Assembly (NCBI GenBank): GCA_964434585.1
Contig: CAYSVN010000003.1
Location: forward strand, 1 to 41,508
DNA from: an uncultured Candidatus Peribacteria bacterium
GTDB taxonomy: Bacteria > Patescibacteriota > Gracilibacteria > Peribacterales > Peribacteraceae
Length of the DNA: 41,508 nucleotides
Direction: 5' to 3'
The notes below the pieces were generated by a model. That model made no database searches. It had not been told where the DNA came from and saw nothing but the letters and a program-made list of their open reading frames with translations. Below are positions 11,201-19,300 of the stretch, piece by piece. How positions within the stretch are numbered: the first letter of the stretch is position 1; the number at the start of each line of letters is the position of its first letter. The translations under genes and the position numbers were made by a program.

Positions 11201-13219
11201 GGCCACATTACGTGTTTGTGCTGTAATAGCATTCCAAAATGTAGCATTATCACTTAAATTATTATATCTTGTTAAAATTCTATCCCCGCTTTCGGCAGTG
11301 TGCTGAATTCTGGCTTCGTCTATCAGTCCTTCAAATAAAATGTTGTTCCTATTGGCATCGTATGAACTTGCCTCTGACCCATCACCAAAGAACCCATAAC
11401 GCGTTGTGCCACGTCCAAGTGCAGTAGTGTGTTGATTAGCTGCAATATCCAGTACTCCATCAATGTAGATTTTTTTATCTGTTGGATCATTTTTATCAAA
11501 TACGACAACGACATGGTGCCAATTGCCGTCGTTTACAGTTGCAACACTATTAAGGTCTCGAATATAGTCTGCACTATTAGATGTATCAAACGAAATAGTT
11601 CCTGCTTTACCAGCTGTGTTATGAAAATTGAGTCCAATTTCCCAGTGTTCAGAGCGGTCAAAGTCAAAAATGCCTGAGCGAGCAGTGTCGGTTGTATTAA
11701 TCCAGAGTTCGGCTGTTAGCTCATTTAACGAATTACTTTGATTATAAAGCAAACCATTAATTGGTAGGTACGTGTCTGAAGTTCCATCGAGGCCTACTGC
11801 ATTACCAAGTGCGCCAGGCTGCTGCGCTGTTACACCACCATTATACCCTGCATTAAACCCATTAATAGTAGAGTCGTTAAAACCACCTGGAAGTATTGAA
11901 CCTGGAGCATTGTATTTATATGGCGGTGTATTCCCAACCCCGGTAACAATATCTGCACCAATGCCAGATTCCCAAAGTGTACCGCCCATTGTGCCTGCAG
12001 CTTGTTCTATAATAATATAACCTAATGTCTCTGCTGCTCTTGCTTGGTTTTGCGCCCCGGTGTGGCGACCAATATAGATAGCACTATTATTAGGTGGGCC
12101 AGTTTGTGTGCCATTTGATGTCCAGAATGTTTGCCAGCTTGCATCATTTGTCGTCATGACCTGCCCCATTACAACTGGAGTTGTGTAGGTATGGACTGGG
12201 CTAATTTGTAGCATTTGATTGTTATTCCAATTACCACTGCGGTTCACGCCTGTTACCGTGCCAGTGCCCGCTTCTAACGGTACACCCCCAGGCAAAAGAT
12301 AGTCGCCAGCTTCTACTACCATGTAATACACATCATCTATTGAAGGAGCTACTAAGCCACCAGGGTTTTGCCGGTATACAGAAAACTGATTTGTTGATAC
12401 GTTTTCCACTCTTGTTATAACAGGTGCCTGAGTTGCATTTGTCATTTTTGGCACGGTAAGCACAACTGGGTTTACGTACGTATTACGTAATGAAACTACC
12501 TGCGCAGCACTACCGACCAATGGTATAATGCCGGTTTCTCCAATAATGGTGGCTGTTTGGTCGTAAATATCTAACGAGTCAATGGAATCAAATACCCAGT
12601 AAGCTAACTGCTCATTAGTATGTTCACGTTCTGCGTCTGATATTTGATCTTCATCAACAGCCATATTAATTGTACTAGTAACGGGACTATCCCCATATAA
12701 TACAGCCCAACTTCCATCGCCACCATCCATAGCTACCTGCCCTACCATTCCAACCTTGCTTCCGCTTGCTACAACTATGGCTTCTTGCATGTGCCAAACA
12801 CCACGGTAATTCGACCATACACTAGGGCTATTAACTTCATTAGCGGTAGCATTGCCATAGTAGATATAAATATCAGTACCAGTTGTTGCATCTAGTGTTG
12901 GCATTAATACGTAAAGTTCACCTGTGTTTGCCGTGGTATCGATAGCAACAAGCTCCCGTAGTAACACTGTTGTTTCATCGGCAGCAGTTACCAAAATGTC
13001 CGAACCATCTGGTTTTACATTGCTCCAAAAATGTGGTGGTAAAATTGAAAGATCTACTAGTACTGGAATACTTGTTTCGTTTGCTGCTGTTACTACAGGA
13101 TTTGAGGTAGCTTGTAACCGGTATTGCCAGTCGTTGCTGTACCAAGCTGCATGGGACACAAGCGGAATACATAATAATGTAAATATGTTTAGGGATAGAA
13201 TAAGTTTTATTATTTTCAT
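8300..13219 (-). CDS. Giant secreted surface protein: DUF2341, LamG-like domain with an insertion, FN3 repeats, Gly/Ser linker, SLH domains
   Basis: Signal peptide from MKIIKL (13219); DUF2341 WQYR..PVLV..DGSDI; LamG NDGNWHHV..IYIDG..FEGLIDE; FN3 W.D.S..E.G(F/Y); SLH FNDV...WY...IISGY and PINRAEAA. Confidence 0.88.
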   Translation of the reverse strand: MKIIKLILSLNIFTLLCIPLVSHAAWYSNDWQYRLQATSNPVVTAANETSIPVLVDLSILPPHFWSNVKPDGSDILVTAADETTVLLRELVAIDTTANTGELYVLMPTLDATTGTDIYIYYGNATANEVNSPSVWSNYRGVWHMQEAIVVASGSKVGMVGQVAMDGGDGSWAVLYGDSPVTSTINMAVDEDQISDAEREHTNEQLAYWVFDSIDSLDIYDQTATIIGETGIIPLVGSAAQVVSLRNTYVNPVVLTVPKMTNATQAPVITRVENVSTNQFSVYRQNPGGLVAPSIDDVYYMVVEAGDYLLPGGVPLEAGTGTVTGVNRSGNWNNNQMLQISPVHTYTTPVVMGQVMTTNDASWQTFWTSNGTQTGPPNNSAIYIGRHTGAQNQARAAETLGYIIIEQAAGTMGGTLWESGIGADIVTGVGNTPPYKYNAPGSILPGGFNDSTINGFNAGYNGGVTAQQPGALGNAVGLDGTSDTYLPINGLLYNQSNSLNELTAELWINTTDTARSGIFDFDRSEHWEIGLNFHNTAGKAGTISFDTSNSADYIRDLNSVATVNDGNWHHVVVVFDKNDPTDKKIYIDGVLDIAANQHTTALGRGTTRYGFFGDGSEASSYDANRNNILFEGLIDEARIQHTAESGDRILTRYNNLSDNATFWNAITAQTRNVAPLAATELYFNHTSALTGAVNPQNVPVYGSASLLPYFTAIYNDPDTGDTASQVIIQVSTDPTFTSVTHWDSGAAAITTVTEGSRTVNIEYGSIGNTATLPLAMDDGLTSYYWRTAFIDAVGAVGPFSTPASFSLLDSPVDPSNISVSKVTGTPDTFIVTWQDTSIIEDYFDVQRKVDTGGGFGGFISIGTSTSTTLHDLTTVSNAAYMYRVSTCNYAGCSVYILDPFTHYTDPAAPADVFSIYNSDTQFTTNYTDRSILNMVDIDRCNGITNCAAGTFQVVGTDTTVQNVPDSIVDDGTGLVTDNAYRWRTRANNGSTNSEYTYSIYEYTTPSTPGSFAAAYVNDNAINLSWVDTSAYEDGFRISVAENSGAQTELTSGVNTTSAGDTAYNYVDTSPNSAYTFTIVAHIGDTLNNAELFSTAATSATVYTTPAVATNVAASYVANNNINVTWNDNALYESGYHIYVSEDGGPFIQHATTAADVSSYTYNSGTANHTYNFKVEAFIASNPPVNPFNLTALSVASSPVVYTSPIAPVLTGSNITSSTIDWSWTDGSAYESGYEVFNGSGSSVKDLPVPNATDWTEVSLGPDTLISRTVRSYIQNGFTKTYSPNSNIVTFRTLADPPSALTGAELPTETITLTWGSGSNPPTVEYYAENITTGFSVGWAPNLFTLVDTNIDCQTNYEYIVKTRNQDLVETSDLIEITTADCPIVELGGTSGATRSSGGGGRGTFNIASSSSESLDETEDKNVCELKPASTALRANNNKLETIINGTAVVFNDVGIDDWYAVVIDTLVKANIISGYQDRLKQPTGEYGPADTLTKAQFTKMVVNAANLKNVSEQEIAVPDSTHWSAEFFERLYTHGDSIFSELPAAELEDQITRAEVASLIVSSFNIEKNENGITLNYRDVNTATTFIEDINIVNSSCIMQGHDGTEIDGQKTFEPTSPINRAEAAMVLWRAMEVEGLFNK

Positions 13220-13380
13220 AAGGTATATGTCTAAAAAAGATGAATTGCAATGAGTATAAGACATCTTGTGCTGCCAAGAATTACACCATTGATCAATTTT
13301 TGTGTTCTGTCTAGAGAATTTTAAAATTGAATATAACAACTATGGTATCTTGGACTTAGTTATATCCCCCCCTTCATACG

Positions 13381-16300
13381 ATGATGACCTGCAAACAAAT
13401 TACCCAACACTGTATTAAAGCTATTTCTGTACTTGAGATCACACTTTTAAGTGTTGGATCTCTTTTATTAAGCATTCCACTTTACCCAAATGTGGAAACT
13501 GCTTATGCCATGCCAATACCAGGTTGTTTTGTAAGTACTGGAGCAGGCAATCCTACTATTACACCTCCTGGCCCCATAGAAGCCATGCGCGGGGAGGACT
13601 TTACATTCCAGGTAGCACTTACCAATGGAGGAAGCGCTGCAGGATACGCTCCTTATATTGATTTTATATTACCAGCAGATGTTACCGTTAATAGTGCAAG
13701 CTTTACCATTGGTGGCGTTTCGGTAAGCCCGGTTGCACCGAGCCCTTATACCGGTAGCGGTACGGTTACCCACCCTTATACTGGTTTAGATGTAGCTGTC
13801 CCAGAGGACCAAACATTTTATGTCTATAACTTTCCGTTTGGTAGCTTTGTGCCAGACCAACCGGCCGCCAGAATACAAATTAATGCAACCATGCCTGAAG
13901 AAACACCATACGTTAACTTAGCCACCCAAATGCAAGCAGGTTGTGGCTTTGGTTGGGGGGCAGACGAATTTAATAACCCAAGTACAGACCCAGCGCTTGT
14001 AGGCGCAAGTAATACCTACGATTGGATGCCTATTTTAATTATTCCAGAAAAGGAATTAATGACTATAGAAGGAGAGAATGAAACGGTGACAGGAGAAAAC
14101 TGGCCTGTTACTTACCAATTAAATGCAGACATTGCCAGTGGTGCAACATTACCGCTGGTATTAACAGATGTACTGCCTCCAGAATTCCAACTTATTAGTA
14201 TTGATAGTCAACTTGGTGATACGGGTGCCGGTTTTACCGTTACATTTACACCAACTATTGGGTCTGCCCAAACAAGCTCTAGTTTACCATTTACTCCTAT
14301 TGGACCTTTTCCACCAGGTGGAACCGTAGAAATTAGCTATAATAGCGTTACTGGTAGCTCAGCAGAACTGGATGCACAGCTTGAATTTACTATTTATGTC
14401 CCAGAGTTTTATGAAGATGGTACAACACCAATTTTAGACCCAGTAACTGGTGTTGGTACTGTAGAAACAGATAATTTAGTTGATAATGATTATGACGCAA
14501 GTGCAATATTTGAAGGCACTACTTACCCAAGTACCTCACCAATTGAAACACTGGAAATTCTTGCAAATGCAACGCAAAAAAGCGTAGCAAATACCATAAA
14601 TGCAGGACCTGCAGGCTATTCTCCTGGTGATATTTTAACCTATACTGTAGAATTTGAAATTTCTGACTACTTTGCGTTAGATGATATTAATATAGAAGAC
14701 ATTATGGGTGACGGATTAGAGTACGTTGCCGCTTCCGCCAGCGCAAGTGTGCAAGCTGATGGCGTCACTACAGCTGTAGCGTTTACTCCTGCCAATATTA
14801 CCAATGAAGCAAATGCTGTCACAAGTCCGACGTTTGATTTTACTGGTCCAGACTGTGCCGGTTGTACGCAAGCTATTACCTATGACAACACTAGCAATGG
14901 TGACGCCATTGACCCACCTGCAGATGGAGAAACACATATTGCTTACGATATTTCGGAAGCCTTAATTGATGCAGGTTTAAGTGGAATACTAGAGGGAGGA
15001 CTTATTGGCCCAACGACAGTGGGTGAGCCAACAAAATTAACACTAACGTATCAAGCAGAAATTTTAGATAGTTTTTTTGGTAACCCTGCTGTTGACCCTA
15101 GTGTAGATGCCTACGACACCTTAAGTAACGAGGTTAGTATCTTTGGTGATGTTGCCAGCGGACCTACGCCTGGTACACAAATTTCTGAGACAAGTGAAAC
15201 AACTATTCGTATAGTAGCAACAGAATTTGGTAAATCTATTGGTGCGATGCAACTTAATAGTGGTGTAGATGCGGCACCGTTTGGTAACCCTGATCCACAA
15301 ACTATTGCTGCCGGTAACGTTGTTGTATTTTCCCTTCTTTTAGATATTCCATCGGGTGATGCAGACACCTTAGTGATTGAAGATTTTTTACCACTACCAG
15401 TATTTGATGCCAGTGCCTTTAGTTTAGTATTTGATAATACTATTTATAACCCAACTGACGGATCTGGATCTTCTATTCCAGCTCCTAATACCGTTGCATA
15501 TGGTTCTAGTTCTACCGGTTTTACCATGGCTTTACCTACGCCTACTATTACTACTAATGCCACTACAAACTCTGTTACCTTAACGTATGCATCTGGTAGT
15601 ACATTCCAAGAGGATCCATCTGATGGGTCTATTATTGAAATTTTACTTGCAGCAGAAGTTACCGGTAACCCATTTGGGGATGGCTTAGGTATTATTAACC
15701 AAGCCACCTACGATGTAGGAAATAGTGATAACCAAACATTTGGTGGTACAGAAATTGTACCTTTTGTAGCTGGAGCTCCAGAAGCTGACCTTTATAAATG
15801 TGTCGTAGCTAGTGACAGCACAGATCCGGATGTTGTAAGCACACCAGATATTAGTAGCTATCTAACTTTTAATAATCCGCCTTCTGCTACGCCTATTGCT
15901 ACCCATTCTATTAGCACAGAGGAAATTGATAATACTACTACTGGCCTTAACAACTGTGTGTTTGAAAGCGTAGATGCTGGTGATAGAGTTACGTTTATGA
16001 TTGTGCTGGAAAACGAAGGTTCTGCTCCGGCATATGATTTAAATATTGAAGATACACTCCCTGTAGGATTTAACACACCAAGTAGTGCTGCTGATTTAAA
16101 CTTGCGAGCATGGCAACAGGATGGTGCCACATTAACAGAAATTACTGGCGTCACTGAGCTTTCTGGTGGCCTATTTGGATTCCCGCTTAACGGTGGTACT
16201 GGTGCTGGTGGTAATACTACTATTGCTTATGATGGTCCATTAGTACCGTTTGATAATATTGCAGGTGGTGCCAACCCGGAGGATCAATACGACACCGGCA

Positions 16301-19300
16301 ATGGACTTACTAACGAAGGTGAAAACATCATTATGTTTACTTACGAACTCGTTGTGGCGCAATCTGCAGAAGCAGGTGGTACTTATAGTAATAGCGCTGT
16401 CCTTAATAGCTTTTCTTCCACTATTGGCGGACCAAACTTTGTTGGTGAGCCTGCAGTGTATGAATCTAGTGCTAGTATTCTTATTGATGGTGCATCTATG
16501 GTTAAACTTGATTCTGAACACCCAGATGGTGTTGCGAGTACGACTCCAAATAATTATACCGTAGGAGAAAAAATTAGATACGAGCTAGCCATTACTATGC
16601 CGGAAGGTACAACCACAGGCGTTACGATTGTTGATAATATTCCAAATGGCCTCGCTTACTTTGGTGGAAGTGGAGTTGTTCTTGATACTACCTGTGATGG
16701 AGGCGGAACAGCGTTTAATGGAATAGTTCCGACACCTAGTATTGTTCCGGCTGGTGCTGGCCTGGCTAGCCAAGGCGCTGATGTTACCATTACGTTCCCA
16801 TCTGCCATCACGACAGCTAATGATAACGACGTATTAACTGATACGTTTTGTCTTTATTACGATGTTGTTGTATTAAACACTGCTGGCAACGTTGGTGCTA
16901 CCCGTACAAACAGTGCGGTGTTAAGTTATAGCGGTACCACATTACCAGCAGTAAATATACCTATTGATGTTGTTGGCCCAGATTTAACAGTAACAAAAGC
17001 TGTATCACCTAGTGGCTCTGCCGAAGCGGGTGACACCTTAACGTATACCATTACCATTGCCCATAGCGGAACTAGTAGTGCTGATGCTTACGACATTAAT
17101 GTGTCTGACCTTATTTCTAACAAACTTATTGTTAATGACACCTTTGCTTCTGACGGACGCGATAATGATGGTGATACTGTAGCAGATAGTGGTGACGCCG
17201 AAGAAACAGCTGGTGGGTTCTTTGTAAATGGTGGAGGTGGTGTGGGTGGAACATTTACCTGGAATAATACTACTACCAATAATCCCCTGTTTAACCATTT
17301 GCCTATTGGATCAGACATTACATTACAATTTGAGGTAACAGTTGGAGACAATGTAAGCCCAACTGAAGTTATTGGAAACGACGCCAGTATTACTTATGAC
17401 TCGCTACCTGGGGATCCAGATGCTGGACTCCCAGAAGCTGAAGGTTCTGGAACAGGCAGTACTTCTACAACCATTTTAAATATTACTGCCGGTAAGGCAA
17501 CCTCTGGTAGTACACTACCTAATACTGGTAGCGCCCAGCACACTGCTGGCCTGCTAGATATTGCGATTGGCGAACAGGTATTTTACGACATTACCCTGGC
17601 AGTTCCAGAAAGCGAATTAACAAACCTTGTGATTGTTGATAGCTTACCTAACTTTATGCGTGCTGATAGCGCTATTATCGTGCAAAATGACATTGGGTCT
17701 ACAGGAAGTATTATTTTAAGCGACGCGCAAAATGGTGATAGCATTAATGATACTTATACCATAACATTCCCTACTGTTAACAACCCTCCAGATGCTGATA
17801 TAGAATTTATTGTGGTAAGAGTGTTTGCCACATTGCTTGATAATGCAGGCAACAGCAATGGCCAAGTTAAAACAAACCAAATTACGGTAGACTGGAATGA
17901 AAACAATGGGTCTGCACTTACAGATTCTGTTGGTATTGATGTAGTAGAACCAGACTTAGTGATTACAAAAACAATGAGTCCTAGCCCTATTGATGCTGGA
18001 GACCAAGTACTTATCACCATAAATGTAGACCATAGTACTGCCTCTACAATGGATGCATTTGACATGGTTGTCACTGATACCATTCCTACAGCATTTACTG
18101 CTGTTACAACATTCTCTTCTGATGGACTTGATAATGATGGTGATGGACTTATTGACGGAGCAGATGTAGATGAAATTAATGGACCAAATATTTTCTTTAC
18201 TGCGCCAAACCAATACACCTTTACTGGTGCAATATTAACATTGGCAAATGATATTACATACCAATTTTATGCAACCGTTAATGCTAATGCCTACCCTCAA
18301 CAGGTCATTGCTAATACCGGCTCACTCGCTTACGACAGTGCTCCTGGTAATAATCCAGATGAAGCAGATTACACTGATGAAGATAATGACAGTGTTACAG
18401 TGCGTGATATTAACTTTACAAAGTCTATTTTTTCTACCTCTAATGTAGATACCGGAACAAGCCAACTTACTGCACTTACTGATGTTTTAATTGGTGAAAC
18501 AGTTACGTATCATTTAACCCTAGAAATTCCTGAAACAGAAATCCAAAACCTTGTTGTTACCGATGTATTACCTCCAATGCTTGAGGCTATTTCTGGCTCA
18601 GTGATTCAAGATGATACGGGTGACATTAGTAGCCCAGGTATTACCTTTACAGATGTTACACCGGCTGATGGAGTAAACGAAACAACGACATTTAACTTAG
18701 GTGCTGTTGATAATGCCTCTGGCAGTGGGCCGGCAACTGTTATTTTAGCTGTGCAGGCACTAGTGGTTGATAATGCTGTAAATGATAATGCAGACATTAA
18801 AACGAACACTGCAACACTAACCCACAGCGGACAGGTGGTACCATTAATGGATAGTGCTTCTGTAGAAGTGGTAGAACCAAACCTTACCATTGTTAAGTCT
18901 GTAACGCCTGACCCAGCAGAAGGTGATGGTGGTGACCCATTTACCTTTACCGTTACCGTGCAAAATATTGGTACTGGTCCAGCGTATGACCTTGAAATTA
19001 CAGATACTCTTAATGCACAATTTAACCTTACTACTCCACTTGATGCAGATGGCCTTGATAACGATGGAGATGGAATTGATAGTAATTCTGGAGAAACCAC
19101 TGCAGCATTCTATAATGCAGGTGGTAACAATTTTACCTGGAACAATACCACTACTGGCTTGCCTAATTATAATACTTTAATGCCTGGTGCTGGATTTAGC
19201 GTTACCTATAACGTTACACTAGATAACTCTGTAAGTTTTGGTGATGTTTTAGAAAATACTGCAGATCTAAATTATGATGCTACTCCAGGCGCTGGTGGAC

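Noticed and set aside
13220-13380. Invertible promoter between the two divergent giant genes
   Set aside because: Only an 8-bp AT-rich inverted repeat (TCAATTTT/AAAATTGA) is present, and no recombinase is nearby.
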